From an uncultured bacterium (GTDB taxonomy: Bacteria > Zixibacteria > MSB-5A5 > JAABVY01 > JAHJOQ01), in NCBI GenBank assembly GCA_965369655.1, contig CBDUQR010000036.1:1-28101 (forward strand): a stretch of DNA of 28,101 bases, in the 5' to 3' direction. Each line of letters starts with the position of its first letter. Position 1 is the stretch's first letter. Of this stretch, positions 17,162-25,607 are shown in pieces. Both the position numbers and the translations under genes were made by a program. The notes under the pieces are model-generated. The model was given only the letters and a program-made list of their open reading frames with translations. It made no database searches and was not told where the DNA came from.

Positions 17162-17905
17162 TTATCTAATCATTCCGAGCCAGTCGCCGAACAGGAACTG
17201 CATCCTTCCGACCAGCAGCGATATCCTCGCCATCACCGTGTATCCAAACGAAGCTCCGAACGTGATCATGAGTACAGTTATCCCGGTTCGCGCACCTGCG
17301 CCGAAGGCACCTTTGTGCTCTTTCGAGAAGAAGAAATAGATCAGGCCACAGATGACGCCACCAAAAACGATCACATTGGAAAGTGTCGCGCCCAGGTCGA
17401 AACCGGATGCATTGTTTACATATAACGAAAACACAGTGTTGTTGATTTGCTGAATGAAATCGGAACGCAGGTATCTGACCAGGTTCAGTCCCGCCGTCGT
17501 TCCGACGATAAACGCAAGCGCCCATCTCGAAATCCATCCTGCTTTAGAAGAGAGCCGCATCAATAAGAGAATCCCGAGCACGAGCGGTATCACCATGTGA
17601 AGCTGGACAGGATCATCTTTCAGAGCCGGAAGGACAGGTCCGACCACAGGAGGATAAAGTTTGCCGAACAGATTCGGCACCATAGTCCCCCAGAATCCCA
17701 TGCACATCCAGTACGCGGCGCTCACTCCCACGAACAGATGCTCTGCGAACTTGTAGTACGGATTGTCCTTGTAGAGAAACGAGAAGATGAACAGCGTGAG
17801 AAACGCGCCAATTGTGACAAGAAAACCCTTGAGTGCGACGCTTATTACGAACGCGATCACAATTACCGCAAGGACTATGTAGCTCGCCATTTTCCTGGCG
17901 TTCAT
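17162..17905 (-). CDS. Module 2 subunit D: 'LYKDNP' membrane protein with an extra N-terminal TM
   Basis: SFLYKDNPYYKFAEH, YFFFSKEHKG, FGASFGYTVMAR; the start overlaps the C2 stop (TAATG). Confidence 0.88.
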   Translation of the reverse strand: MNARKMASYIVLAVIVIAFVISVALKGFLVTIGAFLTLFIFSFLYKDNPYYKFAEHLFVGVSAAYWMCMGFWGTMVPNLFGKLYPPVVGPVLPALKDDPVQLHMVIPLVLGILLLMRLSSKAGWISRWALAFIVGTTAGLNLVRYLRSDFIQQINNTVFSLYVNNASGFDLGATLSNVIVFGGVICGLIYFFFSKEHKGAFGAGARTGITVLMITFGASFGYTVMARISLLVGRMQFLFGDWLGMIR

Positions 17906-18801
17906 TATTCTGCTCCTGTCGCCCGCGCCCTGTCGCGACTTCTCTGAATGAAGTAAAGCACGTTCCCAAACAGTATGAAGAACATTATCACAACGTGAGC
18001 AACCGCCTGCGACATCATCAGGCTCATGCCGGCCATCTTGCGGTCTTTGTATTTCGGATATGCCTGAATTAACGCATTCTCATACTCGGCTGCGCCTTTG
18101 GCTCCTCCAAGAATACCGATGAGCTGATTCGGATAGTATGGATAGAGAAGCGGCGCCGAGACAGCGGTACATCCACCGCCGATAGGAATCTTACCCGGAT
18201 CACCGGCATAGAGAACCCACTCTTTGATTCCGGGGAATCCGCCACCGAACGATATTATCAGATCGAAATTCTTCAGATTCCTGATATTCTTCATCATCGG
18301 GAAATCATCGATAGCCGTGTTATTCGCGTCAGTCGAATACATCATCTTGAAGTCAACCAGGATAACCCGTATTAACCCCTGGTTACCGGCTTTATAGCCG
18401 AGATTGATATAGTCTATTCCGTATTCATACTCCGGGAATTCCGGCTTCAGGATCTTCTCGATAGTCTCCCAGGTGAGATTGTGCCCTGTCGCCCAGACAG
18501 CCATCATGTACATCTTGCACTTCCGCTCACCGCATTGCCGCACGATAGCGTCGACCATAGGCTGAATCTCGGGCGCGGTCGTGGGACCGTAATCGAACGA
18601 CAACAATACTCTGGAGCCTTCCGGCAACTCATCCACAGTGTCGAAGAATGCCTGCACGATCGGCGTTGTCTCCTCTTTGAGCGTTGCCCCGAACAGCAGA
18701 GGTATGACAACCGCGAGCCCGATGAACACGAAGATGATCCGACGGTCTATCGATTGCAACCGTTCGACAAGTGATTTCTGTTCAGTGTGACCGTTGCTCA
18801 T
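17905..18801 (-). CDS. Module 2 subunit C: membrane-anchored 'FDYxP' protein
   Basis: DRRII + TM, SFDYGP, YGIDYINLGY, GGAKGAAEYE, SQAVAH + TM. Confidence 0.88.
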   Translation of the reverse strand: MSNGHTEQKSLVERLQSIDRRIIFVFIGLAVVIPLLFGATLKEETTPIVQAFFDTVDELPEGSRVLLSFDYGPTTAPEIQPMVDAIVRQCGERKCKMYMMAVWATGHNLTWETIEKILKPEFPEYEYGIDYINLGYKAGNQGLIRVILVDFKMMYSTDANNTAIDDFPMMKNIRNLKNFDLIISFGGGFPGIKEWVLYAGDPGKIPIGGGCTAVSAPLLYPYYPNQLIGILGGAKGAAEYENALIQAYPKYKDRKMAGMSLMMSQAVAHVVIMFFILFGNVLYFIQRSRDRARATGAE

Positions 18802-18811
18802 ATTGTAATCC

Positions 18812-19495
18812 TCAGTCGTTGTCCTGACCGAGATATGTCCTTTCGATTCCGAGAATAATCCTCAGCGACATCGAGATCACTCCGAGAGCTATGCCGATCA
18901 TGATAGCGCGCTGACCGGCGAGATTCGGCACATCCATGATCCAGTTGGCAAGGTTCGGAATTTGCAGGAATTCCCAGCCTCCCGTTAAGCCGCCAGTCAG
19001 CCAGAGTCCGAACGGTGTTCGCCCGAGCAGGATCACAAATGCCGCGATAAGCAGGATAGTGGCCTCAACTGTTTTCGCCCTGAACGCCCTGTATGACGCC
19101 GATCCGACATAGAAAGCCAGCAGAGCAAACATCGACGCCTGCAACGGAGTGAAGATATACATGTACAGATCATTGAAAAGCGAGCCAATCGCTGCGACGT
19201 CGCCCTGGATACCGCCGGGATTGCTGATCTTGAACAGCCCGGCCGCGAGGACCAAACCGAAACTCGCGAGAGTCACAGCCGAGAATGGCCAGTCAGCCTT
19301 TTTCTTGTTGATCTTGGTGATATGCACTCTTAGGAGATTGCCGCCGCCGAGAATGAAAGCAAATACGGCGATGATATCGAAATACATCGAGAAATTGTCG
19401 CCAAGGCTGCCGAACGGCTTATGCGGTACAAACTCGGCGACAATCAGCACAGTGCCGACAATCAGTGTTATTACAAGCGGTACAGTTCTACGCAT
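18812..19495 (-). CDS. Module 2 subunit B: 6-TM membrane protein
   Basis: MFALLAFYVGSASYRAFRAK, PNLAGQRAIMIGI, LGIERTYLG. Confidence 0.88.
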   Translation of the reverse strand: MRRTVPLVITLIVGTVLIVAEFVPHKPFGSLGDNFSMYFDIIAVFAFILGGGNLLRVHITKINKKKADWPFSAVTLASFGLVLAAGLFKISNPGGIQGDVAAIGSLFNDLYMYIFTPLQASMFALLAFYVGSASYRAFRAKTVEATILLIAAFVILLGRTPFGLWLTGGLTGGWEFLQIPNLANWIMDVPNLAGQRAIMIGIALGVISMSLRIILGIERTYLGQDND

Positions 19496-19498
19496 AGT

Positions 19499-20749
19499 TT
19501 AGCTCGCTGAGAACCATCCCTTAATCGTGTTTGCCAGCGACAGTACGGATTCGGATTCCGTGATCGCGGCAACGGTAAACAGTACACAGAGCAACACAAT
19601 TGCGCTCATCGCGATGATCTTGCCGACATCCTGACCCTTCAGCGATCCAAGCTGCTTCGGCTCCCCGGACAGGTATGCCGACGCTGCGAAAAGCTCTTCG
19701 CCGATCAGGGTATAGTCGCATGCTGCCACGAAGAACGGCAACTGCGCAGGCATGGCGGTACCTGCGATCTGAATCGCGCCGATCGAGTGACCCGTTTCAG
19801 CGAAGATCAGAGATTCGGCAAAGAACGCACCGATGTAGAAACAGGTCGCCGGTTTTTCGCGAACCATGATGCCGTCGACCGCGGCTACGTATCCAAACTG
19901 CTCGTCGGTCACGTAGTGCACCATGTCGTCCGAATATGCATCGGGGCGACCGGCAGCTATATACGCTTGTCTGATAGTCTCGCGCGCCGTAGTCAGTACG
20001 ATTGAACGAGAAACCGGCATATTGATCTTGGTGTCGTACTCGGCAATTGTCCTGGCGACACGCCCAAGAATGGTTATCCCCGCAATGGTCTGAACGTCGT
20101 CCACATCGAGAATACCGGGAATGAACAGAATCGGACGGCCCATCTCGGTCGCGCGTCCGATGGCCTCGTCGACAGCCTCGAGTCCGGCAATCTTCCGCAG
20201 GTAGAGCTTCTTCCCCTTCTGCGCACTGAAGATGAAAAATAAGACCGAAAAACAGATGATAAAGCCGATTACGAACGTATCGAGGTCTTTCGTATTGAAC
20301 CACTGTGCCGATGACACAACTCCACCGGAAATATCGGATTTCGAGCCGCCCGCATCTGATGTCGTCAGGACGTAGTAATAGTACGTCACGCCGTCGGTGG
20401 TGGTAGCGTCCTCATACTCTGTCATCCCGCGGGAGGCTGTCCCGACCATTTCAAATTCATCGTCATCGGAAGCCATTCGGTAGATATTGTAGCCGGTGAC
20501 ATTGTCGTCGCCAGCGCCGTCATCAAGCGACAATGCCCATCCGATCGTGACCGATCCGCCAGCATCGCCTTCGGAGTCGCGTACCAGCGTAAGATGCGCC
20601 GGTCTCGGAAGATCTATCTGCTCCATGATCATGCCGGTCGTATCCTGCATGACAGTATCGGGCTCGACCTGCGCGGCAAGCCATGAGAACGGGACCGCCA
20701 GAAGCAGCACCAGTCCAAACGCAGCAACTCGACTGAAGCGATTTTTCAT
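19499..20749 (-). CDS. Module 2 subunit A: signal peptide + FN3-like domain + DUF6754-like domain
   Basis: Start placed at ATG 20749, just past the D1 stop; IAGLEAVDEAIGRATEMG, PFFVAACDYTLIGEE; FN3-like W...YNIYR...YYYYV pattern. Confidence 0.88.
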   Translation of the reverse strand: MKNRFSRVAAFGLVLLLAVPFSWLAAQVEPDTVMQDTTGMIMEQIDLPRPAHLTLVRDSEGDAGGSVTIGWALSLDDGAGDDNVTGYNIYRMASDDDEFEMVGTASRGMTEYEDATTTDGVTYYYYVLTTSDAGGSKSDISGGVVSSAQWFNTKDLDTFVIGFIICFSVLFFIFSAQKGKKLYLRKIAGLEAVDEAIGRATEMGRPILFIPGILDVDDVQTIAGITILGRVARTIAEYDTKINMPVSRSIVLTTARETIRQAYIAAGRPDAYSDDMVHYVTDEQFGYVAAVDGIMVREKPATCFYIGAFFAESLIFAETGHSIGAIQIAGTAMPAQLPFFVAACDYTLIGEELFAASAYLSGEPKQLGSLKGQDVGKIIAMSAIVLLCVLFTVAAITESESVLSLANTIKGWFSAS

Positions 20750-20753
20750 ATCT

Positions 20754-21443
20754 CTAACCAAATGTCCCGATTATCCAGTCATTGACGAGAAAATCGATTC
20801 TTCCAATCAGGAGCGACATTCGGCTCATGACGGTATACCCGAATGATGCACCGAAAGTTATCATCAGGAACCATGTCCCGACTTTCGCGGCGCCACCGAA
20901 GAAGCCCTTGTGTTCCTTGGAGAAGAAGAAATATATCAGACCGGTAAACGTCCCGATTAGAATAATGGCATTGCCCACCCCTTCACCCCACCCCTGAACA
21001 GGTGGAATGCCACCGGCGTCCGATATAGGGCCGAACAATGGTACTATCGTATTGTAAACTTGTTTGACGCCATTGGAGACAAGATAATTGATAAACTGGA
21101 GACCGGCAGTTGCGCCAACTACCAACGCCAGCGGCCATCTCGAGATCCATCCTATTTGAGGAATGAGCCGCAGGAGCATCATGATGCCGAGTACGGCAGC
21201 GATGACATATAGCAACTCGTAAGTGATCTCGAACCGGGTGAAAAGCGCAACGAGCGCTGGCCAGAGATTCGCCCAGAGTTTGGAATATAGATTCTGCCAG
21301 AAGAGCGAAGCAATCCAGTAACCTGCCGAGATTCCGATAAAAATCGCCTCGCAGATCTTGTACCAGGGATTGTCCTTGTAGAGAAATGAAACTATCCCCA
21401 GTGTCAGAAACGCTCCGATCCAAATCCCGACATCGAAATTCAT
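20754..21443 (-). CDS. Module 1 subunit D: 6-TM 'LYKDNP' membrane protein
   Basis: SFLYKDNPWYK, YFFFSKEHKG, FGASFGYTVMSR. Confidence 0.88.
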   Translation of the reverse strand: MNFDVGIWIGAFLTLGIVSFLYKDNPWYKICEAIFIGISAGYWIASLFWQNLYSKLWANLWPALVALFTRFEITYELLYVIAAVLGIMMLLRLIPQIGWISRWPLALVVGATAGLQFINYLVSNGVKQVYNTIVPLFGPISDAGGIPPVQGWGEGVGNAIILIGTFTGLIYFFFSKEHKGFFGGAAKVGTWFLMITFGASFGYTVMSRMSLLIGRIDFLVNDWIIGTFG

Positions 21444-21450
21444 CTTATCG

Positions 21451-22290
21451 TCACTCCTTGCCTTTGCGCGTCACAGCGTAAGCGATGTTGCCTACTAGTA
21501 CAAAGAATATGACGATTGCATGCGCAAAAGTCTGTGAGAGCATATATTTCGTCGCTTTGTCCTTGAAACCCGTGAGCTTCTCGAACTCTGCGCCGCCTCT
21601 CATTCCGCCGAGCAGACCGATCAACTGCCCCGCATTGAGGTAGGGATACACCAGCGGCGCCTGAACGGCGGTATTGCCGGCCACAAGCCTCACGCCAAAT
21701 CTGTCGGCGGCGACCTGCACCCACTCAACGGTACCGGGATAGCCTGCCGAGAAATTGAAGACGAAATCTACATTCGAGAAGTTCTTCACATTCTTCAGAA
21801 GCTCGACGTCGTGATACGGATTTCCGCGAACATCCTTTGGAAAAGCCTCTGAGAAATCAGTACCCATTCTCTGGATCACGAACTCATTACCGGCCTGGAA
21901 GCCGAGATTCACGTAGTTTATCCCATACTGGAGATTCTTCGCGGCGATCTCCGGGACTTCAAGAGCCTTCTGGATCGAAATCTCAGCCTGAAGCGGTCCC
22001 TGTGGCCACAATCCTATGAATATTAGTTTCAGATCTTTCTGGAAAGCATACTTGACAGCAGCATCGGCCATTGGCTGCAATTCAGGCGCTGATGGTGGAT
22101 CGTAGTCGAATGCCATCAGGACTTTCGAGCCGGGTGGAAGTTCATCAAACGCATCGAATAATACTTGAACTTCATCCGAAATGGAGAGCTTAAAACTCAC
22201 GGTAAGGAACATGGGTATCAGAAGAGACAAGCCGACGAAAAGGAAAATCCATCTTCTGTCAACGGCGAGCATTTTTTCCCAGAATCCCAC
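21451..22290 (-). CDS. Module 1 subunit C: membrane-anchored 'FDYDP' protein
   Basis: DRRW + TM, AFDYDP, YGINYVNLGF, GGMRGGAEFE, SQTFAH + TM; the GTG start overlaps the B1 stop (TAGTG). Confidence 0.88.
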   Translation of the reverse strand: MGFWEKMLAVDRRWIFLFVGLSLLIPMFLTVSFKLSISDEVQVLFDAFDELPPGSKVLMAFDYDPPSAPELQPMADAAVKYAFQKDLKLIFIGLWPQGPLQAEISIQKALEVPEIAAKNLQYGINYVNLGFQAGNEFVIQRMGTDFSEAFPKDVRGNPYHDVELLKNVKNFSNVDFVFNFSAGYPGTVEWVQVAADRFGVRLVAGNTAVQAPLVYPYLNAGQLIGLLGGMRGGAEFEKLTGFKDKATKYMLSQTFAHAIVIFFVLVGNIAYAVTRKGKE

Positions 22291-22943
22291 TATTCGCTCC
22301 CTCCGAGATACGATCTCTCGATACCGAGCATAATTCGCAGGGCGGTCGATACCGTTCCGAGCGCGATTCCTATCATGATCGCGCGCTGACCGGCAAGGTT
22401 CGGGTAGTTCATGATAAACGACGCAATATCAGACAGTGGCGTGAAATCCTGCACGAACGGACCGAAGAGAATGTCGTCGAAGAGCACCCGTCCCATCATC
22501 ACGAGAAAGCCGGCCACCAGCAGGAGAGTCGCCTGCAGATTCCTCGCACGGAACGCTCTGTATGATGCCGACGCGACAAAAAAAGCGAGGAGGGCAAACA
22601 TCGTGGCTGATAACGGAGTGTAGATGAAGTTATAGAGCCAGGTGAACTCTGTGTCGGGAGTCTGGAATTCGGGACCTCCCGCAAATCCCGCGATTGCCAT
22701 CGTGAGCCATGAGACCACAATGATCAAAGCATACGGCCAGTCTTTCTTCTTCCTCTGTATCTTGATGATCGACAGCTTCAGAAGGTTGAGCGCACCGAGC
22801 CAGATCGCACACGCGGCGATTATGAAAAACCAGTCCGAGAACAACTGCTCAAACTTGTCGAATGGCGAGTGCGGAATGAAATACTGAATGACGAAGGCCA
22901 TGCCTACGACCCCAGTAATCACCAATGGTATTTCACGTTTCAT
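22290..22943 (-). CDS. Module 1 subunit B: 6-TM membrane protein
   Basis: MFALLAFFVASASYRAFRAR, PNLAGQRAIMIGI, LGIERSYLG. Confidence 0.88.
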   Translation of the reverse strand: MKREIPLVITGVVGMAFVIQYFIPHSPFDKFEQLFSDWFFIIAACAIWLGALNLLKLSIIKIQRKKKDWPYALIIVVSWLTMAIAGFAGGPEFQTPDTEFTWLYNFIYTPLSATMFALLAFFVASASYRAFRARNLQATLLLVAGFLVMMGRVLFDDILFGPFVQDFTPLSDIASFIMNYPNLAGQRAIMIGIALGTVSTALRIMLGIERSYLGGSE

Positions 22944-22946
22944 TAT

Positions 22947-24194
22947 CTAGTCCACCGGAACGCTGAATAAACTGGCGAAATCATATACGCCAAGTGTCTG
23001 GATGATCACACCGATCAGTATCACAAGCAGAATCAGACCTTTGCCCAGATCCTGTCCCTTTAGAGAGCCGAGGAGTTTCGGTTCCTTCGACAAGTAGGCT
23101 GAAGCCGCATAGAGTTCTTCGCCAATCAGCGTGTAGTCACATGCCGCGACGAAAAACGGAAGCTGCGCAGGCATCGCCGTACCTGCTATCTGAATCGCAC
23201 CTATTGAGTTTCCGGTCTCGGCGAGAATGAGCGATTCAGCGTAGAACGCACCCATATAGAATATCGTAGCAGGTTTCTCCCTGACCACCATCCCATCGAT
23301 GGCAGCGGCATATCCGAACTGATCGTCAGTCAGGTAGTGAACAATGTCTTCATGGAATGCGTCGGGGCGACCGGCGTTGACATACGCCTCCTTGACGATC
23401 TCACGCGCGATGACCATAACCAGCGATCGTGACACGGGAACATCGAGCCTGGTCTCATACTCGGCGGCGAGTTTCGCTACTCTGCCGAGGATTGTCACGC
23501 CTGCAATTGTCTGAATGTTCTCGATATCCTGCGTGCCAGGAACATAGAATATCTTCTTACCCATCTCCGTTGCACGACCGACAGCCTCATCGACAGCTTC
23601 GAGACCCGCAATCTTGCGTATGAACAGCTCTTTGCCGGCTTTCGCCTGATTGATGTAGTAGAGGATCAGGAAACTAATAACGAGGGCAAAGACCAGTACA
23701 ACAGTGCGGCTCGTATTGAACCACTGAGCCGATGAACTTACTGCGCGAGTATAGCCTGAGAAGGCAGTTACAGGGATCAATTCACTTGAAGCTGTTGCAA
23801 GTTCATTGACGGCAGCAATCCTGTAGACATAGCTGACGCCACTAACTGCATAGTTGTCTCTGGCGGATGTTCCACCCGCCGGTGCAGAGCCGATTACTTC
23901 GAATTCACTGTCGGAAGCATCAGATCGCTTACGTTCGACATCATATCGAACAACCATCCCTTTGGCGTCATCCGGCGAGAGTTCCCAGCCGACATGAATA
24001 GAACCACCATTATCGTTTGGCGTATCTTTGGCGGTTATATTGACCGGTGGGGCTGGCCTAACGGCATCTTCTGGAACAGCAGAGACGGCAACTGCGGCAC
24101 TGTCAGCCAGGTCCTCGTCTACAACAGTCGCACACAATATCAGCGGCGACAAAACAACTGCGATGCAAATAGCGAGCAATGTTCTAAGTAGCAT
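22947..24194 (-). CDS. Module 1 subunit A: signal peptide + FN3-like domain + DUF6754-like domain
   Basis: ATG 24194 preferred (the TTG at 24206 lies in a U-tract); PAPPVNITAKDTPNDNGGSIHVGW...YVYRIAAVN FN3-like domain, TM, IAGLEAVDEAVGRATEMG, PFFVAACDYTLIGEELYAASAYL. Confidence 0.88.
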   Translation of the reverse strand: MLLRTLLAICIAVVLSPLILCATVVDEDLADSAAVAVSAVPEDAVRPAPPVNITAKDTPNDNGGSIHVGWELSPDDAKGMVVRYDVERKRSDASDSEFEVIGSAPAGGTSARDNYAVSGVSYVYRIAAVNELATASSELIPVTAFSGYTRAVSSSAQWFNTSRTVVLVFALVISFLILYYINQAKAGKELFIRKIAGLEAVDEAVGRATEMGKKIFYVPGTQDIENIQTIAGVTILGRVAKLAAEYETRLDVPVSRSLVMVIAREIVKEAYVNAGRPDAFHEDIVHYLTDDQFGYAAAIDGMVVREKPATIFYMGAFYAESLILAETGNSIGAIQIAGTAMPAQLPFFVAACDYTLIGEELYAASAYLSKEPKLLGSLKGQDLGKGLILLVILIGVIIQTLGVYDFASLFSVPVD

Positions 24195-24204
24195 GGAACC
24201 TGCC

Positions 24205-24236
24205 AAAAAACGAGACCGCCGGATAAGCGACGGCCT
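24205..24236 (-). terminator. Intrinsic terminator-like hairpin immediately upstream of the module 1 start codon (possible attenuator)
   Basis: Minus strand AGGCCGTCG-CTTATC-CGGCGGTCT (9 bp, two G-U pairs) followed by CGTTTTTT. Confidence 0.7.
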
Positions 24237-24334
24237 GTATGCAATTTATATCAACGAAAAAGCGATGTTCGATTTACAACAAATTGTTTCACTTCAACGC
24301 TTTCGATGCTAACAACCATTCCAAAACTTGGGTC

Positions 24335-24363
24335 AAGTTATGCCGGGCGACTGTTCAAGTCAA
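24335..24363 (-). promoter_or_regulatory. Sigma70-type promoter for the 12-gene module array
   Basis: TTGACT-N17-TAACTT on the minus strand just after the stop of 24378..25505. Confidence 0.6.
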
Positions 24364-24377
24364 GAAAAAACCCGGCT

Positions 24378-25505
24378 CTACCCCTCTATCAACTCCACGT
24401 TCGCCCGCGGAATAACTGCTTTCGAACCGTCACCGAATTCGACTTCGAGGATTCGAGCGTATGATTCCGAATCGAGTTTCTTCAGTTCAGGCGGAAGATC
24501 TGATACCTTGCCCAGCCTTCCGAAATATGGCTGCCGAATAACTCTGACCGGAGATCCTACACCGAGCCCCATCGAGTTCTGCGACTTCAACGACTCACCG
24601 GATTGATCCGACTTGCCGAGAGGTATGACAACCTCGGGGCGGATAACGCCGGCTCTGATCTGTGTCGCGCCGTTTATACACGCCATCTCGCCTTCTTTTG
24701 ATTTCAAGAGATCGAACGTCCTCTGCGCAATGTCGATCTGACCGAATCCCTCCGTTATGACAACTGTGACGCCCATGTCTTCATTGCCGGTGATTGCGAC
24801 GCCGATGTCGGTCCCGAGAATCTCCCGAAGATCCTTGTCGTCTATGCCTCCGACCACAATTCCCTTCGCCTTCACCTCGATTGCCCTGGTGATCGCGGCT
24901 GATGTCACAAGCGATCCGCCAACAATAACCTTGCCCTCGCACGATGAATCTATCAAGCTGTCGGTGAGAATATCAGAGTTGCTTTCTGTGACAATCTTTA
25001 TTTCGCCGTGAGTTTCTCCACCTATTCCGAAAATCCCCTGCACGAAACTGCCTTCGGTCTCGACGACCACGCCCTCCTCCGGGATCACCTCGGTGACCGT
25101 GCCGTCGAGATACGCTTTTACTTCCACTGGAATGGGATGACCGCGAAGTAAAACCTGTCCGGTGACATTCGAAATGTTCTCGATTGTGCCGTCGATCTTC
25201 GATTTCGCCTCGGACTTGAACAGGCCGAAGAAGCTCTTGGTCATGGCAATCGGTTCGTCCTTCGCGATTGGATCGCCTTCTTTCTTGAGCATGCACTCAT
25301 CGACATCTTCGGGAGGAACGCCGAGGATATTCGCGATATTTATCGGTTCGACATTGCCCGGCAAGTCAGTTCGAGCGACGACCACATCCGGTTCGACCTT
25401 ATCACCGGTCTTGACTACCACCTCACCCTTGAGTGGAAGAATGCGTCTTTTGGAAACAGTCATCCTCTCGGTGACTTTCAAACCGGGCGTATATGCGTGA
25501 GCCAT
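24378..25505 (-). CDS. Uncharacterised soluble protein: barrel-sandwich-hybrid repeats, central alpha/beta domain, C-terminal KOW-like domain
   Basis: GEVVVKTGDKV, KKEGDPIAKDEPIA, KSKIDGTIENI, VKAYLDGTVTEV; AITRAIEVKAKGIVVGG; GVGSPVRVIRQPYFGRLGKV; AGGAG RBS. Confidence 0.85.
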   Translation of the reverse strand: MAHAYTPGLKVTERMTVSKRRILPLKGEVVVKTGDKVEPDVVVARTDLPGNVEPINIANILGVPPEDVDECMLKKEGDPIAKDEPIAMTKSFFGLFKSEAKSKIDGTIENISNVTGQVLLRGHPIPVEVKAYLDGTVTEVIPEEGVVVETEGSFVQGIFGIGGETHGEIKIVTESNSDILTDSLIDSSCEGKVIVGGSLVTSAAITRAIEVKAKGIVVGGIDDKDLREILGTDIGVAITGNEDMGVTVVITEGFGQIDIAQRTFDLLKSKEGEMACINGATQIRAGVIRPEVVIPLGKSDQSGESLKSQNSMGLGVGSPVRVIRQPYFGRLGKVSDLPPELKKLDSESYARILEVEFGDGSKAVIPRANVELIEG

Positions 25506-25607
25506 ATTCTCAACTCCTGTCTACGTAAGACGAAACATGATCAATATCATCAAATGCACCGAGTATATATATCCACGTTCATCTGGAGCGGATCAGTCCC
25601 CGCAGAT

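Noticed and set aside
13747-25505. Rnf/Nqr or other redox complex
   Set aside because: Despite the inverted 6-TM pair and barrel-sandwich motifs, there are no Fe-S cysteine clusters, no cysteines conserved across the B or D paralogues, and no conserved flavinylation motif.
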